From positions 1,152,001-1,216,000 of the forward strand of contig CAXXVL010000002.1 of the NCBI GenBank assembly GCA_963667845.2: DNA of 64,000 bases, written 5' to 3'. A model generated the notes under the pieces. The model was given only the letters and a program-made list of their open reading frames with translations, was not told where the DNA came from and did not search any database. Below, piece after piece: positions 10,476 through 20,044 of the stretch (its first letter is position 1; every line of letters begins with the position of its first letter). Made by a program: the position numbers and the translations under genes. This stretch comes from Smithellaceae bacterium (GTDB lineage Bacteria > Desulfobacterota > Syntrophia > Syntrophales > Smithellaceae).

Positions 10476-11194
10476 CCTCCACTGTATATAAAATTCTCGA
10501 TATCATACGGAATTTGCATTCTCTCCCAGCGGTTGTAAATGAAGGCGCGGGCGAGGAAGGCCAGGATGGCGTCCAGAGAAAAAGGGTTGGCGCCCTGGCA
10601 ATGAAAAATCTGTTTCAGGCGCTCGCCGTCAACGATGCGCTCCGCTTCCAATGGATTGCTTTGACCGTCCAGCCGGGAGAGAAGCCCCGAAAAATCAAAT
10701 GACCGGAGGCCCGGCATAATGGTGCGATCGGCGATATTTCCTTCGCTTTCCCGAAATCGCAGAGCCGCCAGACAATTGCGCAGTTCGATCTCCCAGGCGG
10801 TGTAATCGATCAGGTAGCGGCAACCCTTTTCTTCGGCCCCGGCCAGCAGCGCTCCGTAACAGAGCTCCCAGAGGCGATCATAGATATGGGGACGTCGGAT
10901 TCCCCGCTCCTTTTCGTCCAGGAATTGCCTGATAAACACGGGCAGATTCTGCATGGTTTCCATCTCCTCACGGTTCAGGGTTCCGCCTTCCAGAAAATGA
11001 TCCCTTCCTTGTTCGATGCTTTCCCAATTGGCCGCATCAACGACGGAAAGCTGCGTCCGCAGCAGTTGATCGTCCTGGGGTTGGATATGACGGCGTACGA
11101 TCCGGGTCAGGTCGGGAAACGAGACGGTAAGCTTTTCCCCCAGGGACGACGGCAATGGCGGCAGCAGACACGCTAGGAAATAGTAAGCCCCCAT
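10472..11194 (-). CDS. DUF2764-like protein (putative V-ATPase subunit C equivalent)
   Basis: N-terminal YYFLACLLPPL and C-terminal FSLDAILAF...RWE; occupies the slot between E and A as in Bacteroidota/Spirochaetota/Chlamydia-type operons. Confidence 0.75.
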   Translation of the reverse strand: MGAYYFLACLLPPLPSSLGEKLTVSFPDLTRIVRRHIQPQDDQLLRTQLSVVDAANWESIEQGRDHFLEGGTLNREEMETMQNLPVFIRQFLDEKERGIRRPHIYDRLWELCYGALLAGAEEKGCRYLIDYTAWEIELRNCLAALRFRESEGNIADRTIMPGLRSFDFSGLLSRLDGQSNPLEAERIVDGERLKQIFHCQGANPFSLDAILAFLARAFIYNRWERMQIPYDIENFIYSGG

Positions 11195-11200
11195 CGTTTT

Positions 11201-11821
11201 TTACGACTCCTTCCGGGGGAAAAAGTATTTCCGAAAACGGGGCGAACAAAATTCGGAAAACACCTGGACCAGCCCTTCACTGAAATTAATATGGCTGCCC
11301 GTGCCTGCAACACCGATCTTGAAGCCGAAGGAAATTTTATCCGTAAACCGGACCTCCAGCGGATGGGCCATTTTGTGGCGGAACTTTTCGATAAACCAGG
11401 TTTCGAGTTCGGTTTTTTTGGCTGCCGGCAGGAGGATTTCGATGTGATGCTCTTTCCCAATATGCTGGATATATCCGGCAAGAATTTCCAATATCATTTT
11501 TTCTAAGAATTGACCGTCGTTAAGGATGGGTTTAACTTCCGCCTCAATGACGGGATCGACCACCACCTTCTCCAACCGTTCTTCCACCATGATGAGAAAA
11601 TTACGGCTGGCCGTCTCCAGATCGACGTCCATCTGCTTTTTCAGGTTTTCGATTTCCCGTTTGGTCTGCTCCCGGATCTTATCGGCATCCATCCGGGCGG
11701 CGGCAACAATTTTATCAGCTTCCGTCCGGGCGCTTTTACGGAGAAGGTCCGCCTCGGCCTTCGCGGGTTCCAGAACTTTTTGCGTTAATTCACTGGTAAT
11801 GTCTCCCAAGGTTTTTGCCAT
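11201..11821 (-). CDS. atpE: V/A-type ATPase subunit E
   Basis: Coiled-coil N-terminus (AKAEADL..ARTEADKIVAAAR), C-terminal GFKIG..INFS..FSEFCSPRF; first gene of operon with AGGAGG SD. Confidence 0.85.
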   Translation of the reverse strand: MAKTLGDITSELTQKVLEPAKAEADLLRKSARTEADKIVAAARMDADKIREQTKREIENLKKQMDVDLETASRNFLIMVEERLEKVVVDPVIEAEVKPILNDGQFLEKMILEILAGYIQHIGKEHHIEILLPAAKKTELETWFIEKFRHKMAHPLEVRFTDKISFGFKIGVAGTGSHINFSEGLVQVFSEFCSPRFRKYFFPRKES

Positions 11822-11851
11822 ATTAACTCTCCTCCTTTTACAGGACAGAAC

Positions 11852-11880
11852 TTTTTAGACATGTATAGACAGATTGTCAA
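11852..11880 (-). promoter_or_regulatory. Sigma70-like promoter of V-ATPase operon
   Basis: Minus strand TTGACA-N17-TAAAAA, about 30 nt upstream of the subunit E start. Confidence 0.6.
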
Positions 11881-12587
11881 GAGGGTTTGTTGCCGCAAGC
11901 GGTCCTGAACTCATTATTTTATCTGCCATATCTCTTTTCCCAGTATTTCATTCATACAGGATTGCACGGTTCTGATCTGTAAGCAATCACTTTGCCGCTT
12001 TACCCGCGGCTTGATCGCCAATTGATGCCATTTCACATAAATTTTTTCATCGCCCGAATATTGCGCTTCTTTTTTTGTGTTATTTCCAGGTAAAAATAGA
12101 TGTTTGCCGCAAGCGAATTACAAGCAAGATCAGCTTCTCGCGGGATTTTTCAGGGTCGGGGAAATTTGGCTTTTTCAGCTTTTCAGCGGCCTTTGGCCAC
12201 GTCGCGTTTTGGGTCCTTTTGTTTATAAATCTCAGATGTATTGTGTCGCTTTCTAAAAAAGTGTACGCGAAAACCTAGACCATAGAAACAACCGCGATTG
12301 CTTCCGCGTCACACAGTCAGCCGCTGCGAAAGGGATTGAAATGTTTTTTTCAAATATCTTTTAGCCGATTTGAAAGCAGGCAATCAGCGCTTCTGCGAAT
12401 ATCGCTCCTAGGTTAAAGCCGTTTATTTTCAGGACCTTGTGCCAGATATAAATATCTCTTGAAGATGCACTGGAAAGCAGATAAGGTGAGATAACTTTGC
12501 ACTTAGGTGTTGTCGTTGTTATCTTAGCTATACCACACTTGGGATTGATAAAGTTGGCAAAAAGAAGGTTATGGAGGACAATACATA

Positions 12588-13445
12588 ATGGCAGCAACAC
12601 TGCGCAAATCTTTAAAAACCATCGAGGACTACAAGGTCACGAGTCCTCACTATACAGATCTCCTGGATATACTGGCGGAAATCCTGATTCTACGGGAGGA
12701 ATACCGCAAGAATATGACGCAGCCGATTTTTTCAGTGGACAGCAAATTGATTTCCGGGAAAATGGACGGAGGTCTTCCTCTGATTGATCTGGCGGGCCAG
12801 AAATATGATTTAACCCGGCCGAAAGAATACTTTTATTCGCTCATTGCCATCGCCGAAAAAAGAATGCCGGCCGAAGCGCAAAAATTTCTGGACGTGATCA
12901 AGGATGAACATTTCGACTGGGAGACGATTATCCGGTCATCGTTTAATCCTAACGCGGCTGAAGAGGAAATTCCGGATAAAGAAGTGAAAGCATCCGGTGA
13001 ACATGATGATCAACTTGACCTGATCGACCTGTTTATCGAAGAAAGCCTGCGGCCGGAACTGGAAGTTATTGCCGAACAATACGGCAAAGCGGTTGAAAAA
13101 TCGGCCTGGTCGGAAGGCTATTGTCCCATTTGCGGCAAGGAACCAAAAATCGGCGAAATCCGGGAGAAGGAAGACGGCAGGCGGTATCTTTTCTGCCATC
13201 AGTGCGGCTATAAGTGGCATTTCCGCCGGATCAAATGCCCTTTCTGCGGGAATGAAGAGCAACATTCCCTGGCGTATTTTGCCGTGGAAGGTGAAGAAAG
13301 CCATCGGGTAGATGTCTGCAATAAATGCCGCCGCTACATCAAAATCGTCGAGTTGCCCAAGTCGTCTGAGGATGTGAATCTGGACGTGGAAGATATCGCC
13401 ACCCTGCACCTCGACATGCTGGCCTATGAGGAAGGCTATAACTGA
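12588..13445 (+). CDS. fdhE: Formate dehydrogenase accessory protein FdhE
   Basis: GGAGG SD; W..GYCPICG, RYLFCHQCGYKW.FRRIKCPFCGN, RVDVCNKCRRYIK, DIATLHLDMLA.EEGY. Confidence 0.92.
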   Translation: MAATLRKSLKTIEDYKVTSPHYTDLLDILAEILILREEYRKNMTQPIFSVDSKLISGKMDGGLPLIDLAGQKYDLTRPKEYFYSLIAIAEKRMPAEAQKFLDVIKDEHFDWETIIRSSFNPNAAEEEIPDKEVKASGEHDDQLDLIDLFIEESLRPELEVIAEQYGKAVEKSAWSEGYCPICGKEPKIGEIREKEDGRRYLFCHQCGYKWHFRRIKCPFCGNEEQHSLAYFAVEGEESHRVDVCNKCRRYIKIVELPKSSEDVNLDVEDIATLHLDMLAYEEGYN

Positions 13446-13479
13446 AAAGGGCTGTAGCTTTTAGACTATAGACTGTTAG

Positions 13480-13521
13480 AAAAAAAGCCCCTTGAGGATT
13501 TGTCCCCAGGGGGCTTTTTTT
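13480..13521. terminator. Bidirectional intrinsic terminator between fdhE and decarboxylase
   Basis: A7-GCCCCTTG...CCAGGGGGC-T7 hairpin between convergent genes. Confidence 0.8.
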
Positions 13522-15196
13522 ATTTCTTGTGCTGCGTCTGCCGAAATGATGCGCCAAGGCGCGACAGGCCTTCCGAGCAGTCCCGGTTGGGAAGACACGC
13601 CTCGATAAAGACAAGCTTATCTTTTTCGGCGGCCGCCGTGGCGAAAGCTTGCGCGAGTTCCTCTTCATTGCCTGCACGGATTCCGATAACCCTGTCCCCA
13701 CCGCCGAAGGCGCAGGGCAGTGATGCGTAATTCCACATCTGGATATCATTATAGAGACCATCTTCATGAAGCACCCGTTCGATCAGATAACCGTCATTGT
13801 TGATGAGGATCACCACGGCGGGCAGGTGCTGCCGGATCAGCGTTGAGATCTCCTGAGCCGTCATCTGAAATGCACCGTCGCCCGTGAGCACTACCGGCCG
13901 TTTCTGCGGTCTGGCCGCGGCGACGCCCAGCGCCGCCGGCGTGCAAAAGCCGATGGAGGTGTAGTAGGCCTGAACGATAAAATTTTCCGCTTCTTCAATG
14001 TGAAATTCGGGTGCCGCGCAAAAGGCATCCCCCGGTTCGGCCAAAAGGACCATATGGTCGTCGAGGAAACTGTTCACGCATTCGTAGAGCCGCGACGCCG
14101 TCAGGACCCGGTCCTTTTCCGGAACAAACGGACCCCGGGGACGACGCGTTTCATCCGGATGAGAATTCACATACAGTCGTGTCTTTGCCTTCTTGGTCAG
14201 GGCTCGGATAAAATCTCCCAGTTGTACGTTATGGTAAAAGTGGCGGCCGATGCGAACATCGCCGTCGCCCGCATCGATGATGCGCTTGTTGTCGAAGTTC
14301 ATGCTGAAAAGTCCCGTGTCCAGATCCGTGATCCACACGCCCAGTGACAGCAGGCAGTCCGACGATTCCACCTGTCTTTTCACGGTCTCGCGGCTCCAGC
14401 TGCCCTGGTAGATTCCGATGAACTGCGGGTGCATTTCCGGCAGAACGCATTTGCTGCTCAGCATGGTCGAAAAAGGGATTTCAACCGTTTCCACAAGATT
14501 CAGCGCGGCGGGTCCCAGGCCGAAACGCAGGAGTTCCACACCGGCCAGTACCACGGGATTGGCTGCCGCATCGAGAATCCTTGCGGCTTCTTCGACGCAC
14601 TCGTCCAAGCTTTCCGGATCGGAGACCCGCTGCCGGGAGTGCGAAATGGGCCGCGGCGGACGGCATGTCACACGGGCCATATCCGCCGGCAGCTCGATGT
14701 ATGCGGGCAGTTTGTGAATAACGGCATTCATAATGGCGCGATCGATTTTCTCCGGCGCGGAATCTGCATCGGTGATGATTGCCGCATCAACCGTTACTTT
14801 CTTGAAAATCTCCAGTTGGACGTCGTAGCCGGCGATCAGATGATGGACCAGCGCGCCCGTTTCCCGTCGATGCGCGGGAGGTGCGCCGCTGATCACGATC
14901 AGAGGCACGCGCTCGGCATAGGCTCCGGCCACCGCATTCAGGATGCTCAAACCGCCGACGCCGTAAGTCACGATCGCGGCTCCGGCACCGTTCATGCGGG
15001 CGTAACCGTCTGCGGCGTAACCGGCGTTCAGCTCATTGCAGGTCCCGATCCATTGCAGGGGACTTACGAGCACCTCGTCGAGAAAATCGAGAATATAGTC
15101 GCCGGGGACACCAAAAAGATGGTTGATGCCGGCTTCCTTCAAACGATGAAGCAAATATTGCGAGATGGTGCAACGGGCATCGGCATTGGCAGTCAT
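13520..15196 (-). CDS. ThDP-dependent alpha-keto acid decarboxylase (pyruvate/indolepyruvate decarboxylase family)
   Basis: FGVPGDY, CNELNAGYAADGYAR, LVHH, GDGAFQMTAQE...INNDGYLIER. Confidence 0.92.
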   Translation of the reverse strand: MTANADARCTISQYLLHRLKEAGINHLFGVPGDYILDFLDEVLVSPLQWIGTCNELNAGYAADGYARMNGAGAAIVTYGVGGLSILNAVAGAYAERVPLIVISGAPPAHRRETGALVHHLIAGYDVQLEIFKKVTVDAAIITDADSAPEKIDRAIMNAVIHKLPAYIELPADMARVTCRPPRPISHSRQRVSDPESLDECVEEAARILDAAANPVVLAGVELLRFGLGPAALNLVETVEIPFSTMLSSKCVLPEMHPQFIGIYQGSWSRETVKRQVESSDCLLSLGVWITDLDTGLFSMNFDNKRIIDAGDGDVRIGRHFYHNVQLGDFIRALTKKAKTRLYVNSHPDETRRPRGPFVPEKDRVLTASRLYECVNSFLDDHMVLLAEPGDAFCAAPEFHIEEAENFIVQAYYTSIGFCTPAALGVAAARPQKRPVVLTGDGAFQMTAQEISTLIRQHLPAVVILINNDGYLIERVLHEDGLYNDIQMWNYASLPCAFGGGDRVIGIRAGNEEELAQAFATAAAEKDKLVFIEACLPNRDCSEGLSRLGASFRQTQHKK

Positions 15197-15429
15197 GGCG
15201 CGCATCCTTTCTTTAAGGAACGTTGAGGGTTAGTGGTGCAATGTAAAATGGAGAATGATCGCAGGGACAAAGTTATAAAAAAGGAAGGCGCCCGTCAAGC
15301 GTATTCTGTTAAATTCGGGCTGAAAGATTGCGCCTGAGCTTTGCCGTCACGGAAGTTGATTTATCAAATAATGTCTCCATTTTTCATTGTTCCTCGCAAA
15401 GTCAGGGACTCCTATTGAAAAGTCCAATT

Positions 15430-15759
15430 TCATTCTTCACTGGAGCGAATGAATATCTCTCTCCTCGGTGGAGGGATGCCATCCCGGCAATCACTCCATT
15501 CGGAAGGTGATTTGCCTTCCGAGTTACACGTGGCGATGCACGTTTCAACAAGCGCCTCGCACATTCTCCTGTCTCCAAAAAAGTAATTGCGGCAGGGCAT
15601 CCTTCTGGCGTTGCAACAGGTTATGCATGTATTGGCGTCTTCGTGTTTGGGTTCATTGGTCGCTTCGTCAGCGATGAAGCTATCGGAAAAGGGGAAGATC
15701 AAAAGAAAAAGGATCATCATACAACATGATATCAGGTGGAGAATTCTTATTGGCCTCAT
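15430..15759 (-). CDS. Small Cys-rich hypothetical protein with hydrophobic N-terminus
   Basis: Signal/TM-like segment then CITCC..C..C..C...C..C; no recognisable family. Confidence 0.45.
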   Translation of the reverse strand: MRPIRILHLISCCMMILFLLIFPFSDSFIADEATNEPKHEDANTCITCCNARRMPCRNYFFGDRRMCEALVETCIATCNSEGKSPSEWSDCRDGIPPPRREIFIRSSEE

Positions 15760-15886
15760 CAGGCCACCTTCAAATTAAATACGGATATTTGCTGCCTGCT
15801 TAAAAAAAGACTGGGCTACCTGTCCTTGAATGCCCGGGTATGCTGCACGATGGTCAAAGGTCATCTTGACACGGGATGCCCGGACC

Positions 15887-16477
15887 CTAATCCTGATGGT
15901 TTCCCGGTTCGGGTTTCACCAATCCCTTGACGATGGAGGTGCCGTAATCCCGGCCGGTATTGAAGGCATGAAGGTTATTGTCTCTGGTTGCCGCCGGTAC
16001 GGAATCAAGCACCGCTTTTTTCAGCGCTTCGGCATGCACAAGAGGCTCCACTGCCGAGAGAAATCCCAGCATGACGATGTTGGCCATCATCTTGGTTCCC
16101 AGCTGTTCGGCAAAACGCGTGGCGGGGATATGAAACGTCTTATAGTGCATATCGGCCTTGCGCGTATGCACCAGATCGGTATCCCAGATCAGCGTGCCTT
16201 CGGGGCGCAAGGACTTGACGTTTTTCATATAAGCTTCCTGGCTCATGCAGATGAGGATTTCCGGTTCATCCACGCAGGGAAAGAGAATTTCCTCGCTGCT
16301 GATAATGACCTGGCTCGAGCAGGCGCCGCCGCGCGCTTCCGGCCCGTAGTTCTGCGTCATCGTTGCATGCTTATGATCGTAAAGCGTTGCGGCCTTGCCC
16401 AGGATGTCTCCGGCCATGACAATGCCCTGGCCTCCGAAGCCGGTGATTACTATGCGTCGTTCTCTTTTATCCGGCAT
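15887..16477 (-). CDS. korC: 2-oxoacid:ferredoxin oxidoreductase gamma subunit
   Basis: ITGFGGQGIV, TQNYGPEARGG, MANIVMLG. Confidence 0.92.
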   Translation of the reverse strand: MPDKRERRIVITGFGGQGIVMAGDILGKAATLYDHKHATMTQNYGPEARGGACSSQVIISSEEILFPCVDEPEILICMSQEAYMKNVKSLRPEGTLIWDTDLVHTRKADMHYKTFHIPATRFAEQLGTKMMANIVMLGFLSAVEPLVHAEALKKAVLDSVPAATRDNNLHAFNTGRDYGTSIVKGLVKPEPGNHQD

Positions 16478-16482
16478 CGTCT

Positions 16483-17367
16483 TTACCGTCCTTTTTGATG
16501 ATCGGGATGCATCGCCCGCCACTGGGGCAGATTGAGGCGATTGACTTTTTCGTAATGATCCATGAAGGTCGGGCGCTCGATATCCACAAACTTCCCTACC
16601 GTGATTTCCCGGTCAATATCCATGGATGCATCCTTGGGGTCGATATCGCCGCGAATGACGGATCGGCCCTGATAGAATTTCATCATCTCCAGTGCCGTTC
16701 CCATACGATTGCGCCTGCCGAACGATGAGGGGCAAGGCGTGATGACTTCCACAAAACTGAAGCCGCGTTTTTCCAAGGCTTCGCTGATGGAACTGCGAAG
16801 CGAGCGGACCTGCATCGCCGTCCACCGCGCTACATAAGTGGCGCCGCAGGCTGACGCCAGGTAACAGAAATTGAAAGGCTCTTCCGGCGAGCCGTTCACC
16901 GTTGTCGTCGTCTTGGCGCCGAGCGGTGTGCTGGGGCCCTGCTGGCCACCCGTCATGCCGTAATTCAAATTGTTGACGCAGATCACCGTCATATCCATAT
17001 TCCGGCGCGCGGCGTGGATAAAATGATTGCCGCCGATGGCGAACAAATCCCCGTCGCCGGAGACAACAATGATTTTTGTTCCCGGCTTGGCGAGTTTCAG
17101 GCCCGTCGCAAACGGAAGCGCCCGGCCGTGAGTGGTATGAAATGAATCCAGTTTAATGTAACCGGCCATGCGTCCCGTGCAGCCGATGCCCGACACCATC
17201 GCGATGGAATTGGGGTCCCAGCCGGTGTTCTTAATTGCAGCGAGCAATGCATTGAAAACGGTGCCGATGCCGCAGCCCGGGCACCAGATGTGAGGGATTC
17301 TCTCTGTTCGAAGCAGGGAATCCATCGGATGAGGCGGAACGTTTCGAGCGACTTTTGCTGTTGTCAT
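16483..17367 (-). CDS. korB: 2-oxoacid:ferredoxin oxidoreductase beta subunit
   Basis: WCPGCG, SGIGC, HGRALPFATG, GDGD..AIGGNH, NN..YGMTGGQ. Confidence 0.95.
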   Translation of the reverse strand: MTTAKVARNVPPHPMDSLLRTERIPHIWCPGCGIGTVFNALLAAIKNTGWDPNSIAMVSGIGCTGRMAGYIKLDSFHTTHGRALPFATGLKLAKPGTKIIVVSGDGDLFAIGGNHFIHAARRNMDMTVICVNNLNYGMTGGQQGPSTPLGAKTTTTVNGSPEEPFNFCYLASACGATYVARWTAMQVRSLRSSISEALEKRGFSFVEVITPCPSSFGRRNRMGTALEMMKFYQGRSVIRGDIDPKDASMDIDREITVGKFVDIERPTFMDHYEKVNRLNLPQWRAMHPDHQKGR

Positions 17368-18524
17368 GTTTTTCCTTTTATCGCCTTTTCAATGGCGCTG
17401 TATATCAGACCGGGGTGAAGGATCGCGCCGCCATAATTCGACACGAGGCTGACCGGACAAGCGCCGCCGGCGCACCGCTCCATCTCCAGAACCATCTGAC
17501 CGCCGTTGATTTCCGCCATGATCAGCTCTTTGACCTGCGGCGCAACCTGCCGGATCAGGTCTTCGGGAAAGGGCCAGATTGTTTCCAGCTTGATCAAGCC
17601 GGCCTTCATTCCCTCGGCGCGGGCGTTGCGGACGGCCTGCATGGCCGAGCGGGCACTGATACCGTAGGAGACGACCACCACTTCCGCATCGTCCAGAAAC
17701 ATGTTTTTCGTGCGGATGATTTTGTCCCGGTTCTTGCGTATCTTATCCACCAGGCGGGTAACCATCTGATGCTGCGCCCTGGCGTCCATGGCCGGGTAGC
17801 CGCGGTCGTCATGGGTCAGACCCGTTACGTGAATGCGATAGCCGTCACCGCAGTTGGCCATGGGGGCGATGCCGTCGTCATCGGCTTCGTAGGGCAAATA
17901 ATCCTCCCGGTCCACCGTAGGCTTGCGCCGGTTGACGACTTCGATTTCTTCCTCACTCGGAATAATGACGCGTTCGTTCATGTGCCCGACGGTTTCATCC
18001 GCCAGGATGATCACCGGGAGGCGATAGAATTCACTCAGGTTGAACGCGCGAATGGTCAGATCAAACATTTCCTGCGGGCTTGACGGCGACAGAGCAATGA
18101 TTTCGTAATGGCCGTGCGATCCCCAGCGAGCCTGCATCATGTCCCCTTGCGCGACCAGTGTGGGCAGCCCCGTACTGGGCCCCGCCCTCTGGACGTTGCA
18201 TACCACGCAGGGTGTTTCCGTACACAGCCCCAGTCCGATATTCTCCATCATCAGCGAGAATCCGGGACCCGACGTGCTGGTCATGGATTTCACACCACCC
18301 CAGCTCGCACCCAGGATGGCCGCCATCGAAGCGATTTCATCCTCCATCTGGATATAAATGCCGCCGATTTCCGGCAGCCGGCGGGACATCGATTCGGCGA
18401 CTTCCGTTGCCGGTGTAATCGGGTAGCCCGCAAAAAAACGGCAACCGGCCGCCAGAGCTCCCTCGCAGCAGGCCTCATCGCCGTTCATGAAATGTGTTCC
18501 TGTTTTTACTTCTTTGGCAAACAA
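17364..18524 (-). CDS. korA: 2-oxoacid:ferredoxin oxidoreductase alpha subunit
   Basis: AGYPITPATE, QMEDEIAS, TSGPGFSLM, QRAGPSTGLPT; TTG start with AGGAG SD. Confidence 0.95.
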   Translation of the reverse strand: MFAKEVKTGTHFMNGDEACCEGALAAGCRFFAGYPITPATEVAESMSRRLPEIGGIYIQMEDEIASMAAILGASWGGVKSMTSTSGPGFSLMMENIGLGLCTETPCVVCNVQRAGPSTGLPTLVAQGDMMQARWGSHGHYEIIALSPSSPQEMFDLTIRAFNLSEFYRLPVIILADETVGHMNERVIIPSEEEIEVVNRRKPTVDREDYLPYEADDDGIAPMANCGDGYRIHVTGLTHDDRGYPAMDARAQHQMVTRLVDKIRKNRDKIIRTKNMFLDDAEVVVVSYGISARSAMQAVRNARAEGMKAGLIKLETIWPFPEDLIRQVAPQVKELIMAEINGGQMVLEMERCAGGACPVSLVSNYGGAILHPGLIYSAIEKAIKGKT

Positions 18525-18545
18525 ACTAACTCTCCTTTTTCAGCG

Positions 18546-18833
18546 TCACTCTTCAAGGTCGTCATAATACTCAACGCTGTATATAGCAAACTCCGGACAG
18601 AGAATTTCACAAAAATGGCAATTCACGCAGCGGGTCGTGTCGATGACTTCCGGCGGGTGATATCCCTTCCTATTGAAGACGGCGGAAACGCGCAGAACCT
18701 GCCGCGGGCAGTTGGCGATACAAAAACCACATCCTTTACAGCGGTCTTCAATCACCATCACCTGTCCCATCTTCTTTTTACGATGGCCTATTTCGTCAGG
18801 CTGGCTGATCGAATATTTCTTTGTTTTTTGCAT
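18546..18833 (-). CDS. korD: 2-oxoacid:ferredoxin oxidoreductase delta subunit (2x[4Fe-4S])
   Basis: CKGCGFCIANCP and CVNCHFCEILCPEFAI, NRKGYHP; start uncertain. Confidence 0.9.
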   Translation of the reverse strand: MQKTKKYSISQPDEIGHRKKKMGQVMVIEDRCKGCGFCIANCPRQVLRVSAVFNRKGYHPPEVIDTTRCVNCHFCEILCPEFAIYSVEYYDDLEE

Positions 18834-19115
18834 AGGTTCTATATATTTCTCAAGCAGTAACAGATTTACTGAAGGCAACCTGCCTGATGGATTTTTATTT
18901 GCTTGATTATCCGGGATTTTGTGTCGGGACCTGTTCCCTTACGCCAAACTCCATCAAATGCGCATAGGTGCAAAGTGGGCATTATAAGAATAAAGACGTG
19001 CTGTCAAGAAAAAATACTCCCGGATCAAATGGTTCTTTATCAATAATTTTAAAGTCATACTACAGCGAAATCGCTTTCCGAAGGATAAGGCTTGATTTTC
19101 ACCGGGGGCCATACT

Positions 19116-19811
19116 ATGGCTAAAACTCGAATAAATTCCAAGGCGGTTCACCTGATGCAGGACACCGATATCAATCACGTCGTTAAAATTCTGAAAAAAG
19201 AATTGGATCTGGGAGAGATGCCCATTGTTTCGCATCTGGCGGCAAGCGAACGTAACCCGTTCGTCATCCTGATCTCCACGCTGCTCAGTCTGCGCACGAA
19301 AGATGAAGTGACCGCGCTCGCAACCGACAGGCTGTTTGCGCTGGCCTCCACTCCCGAGGAGATGTTGAAAATTCCGCAGGCCCGAATTGCGAAGGCCATT
19401 TATCCTGTAGGATTTTACCGCAATAAGGCCAAGACCATTCATCATGTCTGCCGGGAGCTGGTAGATCGCTTTGGCTCAAAAGTGCCGGATGATCTCGAGG
19501 AACTGCTCGGCATCAAGGGAATCGGACGGAAAACGGCCAATCTTGTTGTGACTCTAGCTTTCGGAAAGGACGGCATTTGCGTGGATACACACGTCCACCG
19601 TATCTCCAACCGGTTGGGTTATGTCCGGACGAAAACTCCCGATGAAACGGAAATGGCTCTTCGTGAAAAGCTACCCCGGAAATACTGGATCATTTACAAC
19701 ACGCTGTTCGTGGCGTTCGGCCGGAAGACCTGTAGGCCCGTCTCGCCGTTTTGCAGCACCTGCCCGATCAGACAATACTGCGACCGCATCGGAGTAACTG
19801 TGAGCCGATGA
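19116..19811 (+). CDS. nth: Endonuclease III
   Basis: LLSLRTKD, HhH LLGIKGIGRKTAN, VDTHVHRISNRLG, C-terminal C-X6-C-X2-C-X5-C; start may be 19155. Confidence 0.94.
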   Translation: MAKTRINSKAVHLMQDTDINHVVKILKKELDLGEMPIVSHLAASERNPFVILISTLLSLRTKDEVTALATDRLFALASTPEEMLKIPQARIAKAIYPVGFYRNKAKTIHHVCRELVDRFGSKVPDDLEELLGIKGIGRKTANLVVTLAFGKDGICVDTHVHRISNRLGYVRTKTPDETEMALREKLPRKYWIIYNTLFVAFGRKTCRPVSPFCSTCPIRQYCDRIGVTVSR

Positions 19812-19837
19812 CAGCGAGGCACCGTGAAAGAAAAAAG

Positions 19838-19866
19838 TTGACGATTTCCCGTCATTTGGATATGAT
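19838..19866 (+). promoter_or_regulatory. Sigma70-like promoter for secG-tRNA-Leu
   Basis: TTGACG-N17-TATGAT followed by a GC-rich discriminator CCGCCCGC. Confidence 0.65.
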
Positions 19867-20044
19867 CCGCCCGCTTTCGAACAGCGAAGACGGGAATAAG
19901 CAGGTGTCTAAATTAAAATATACTTGTTATTGTTGATTAAATCATCTTTGGCTGTAAATTAAAAGAAGCGTTGAATATTATATAAGCCGGTGATATGTAT
20001 CCCGCTGGTCAGAATGATACTTTGAATAAAAGGATGTAAAAAGA

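Noticed and set aside
12430..12446. Minus-strand TGGCAC as a sigma54 promoter
   Set aside because: No GC at the -12 position (GG-N10-TG).
13461..13480. Heptamer-like tandems (TAGACTA-TAGACTG; also CTCATAG x2 near 29422)
   Set aside because: Only two units each; too short to call an array or CRISPR.
18981..19007. Perfect TTGACA/TATAAT pair upstream of korD (minus strand)
   Set aside because: The spacer is only 15 bp; a promoter here is plausible but the elements cannot be assigned confidently.
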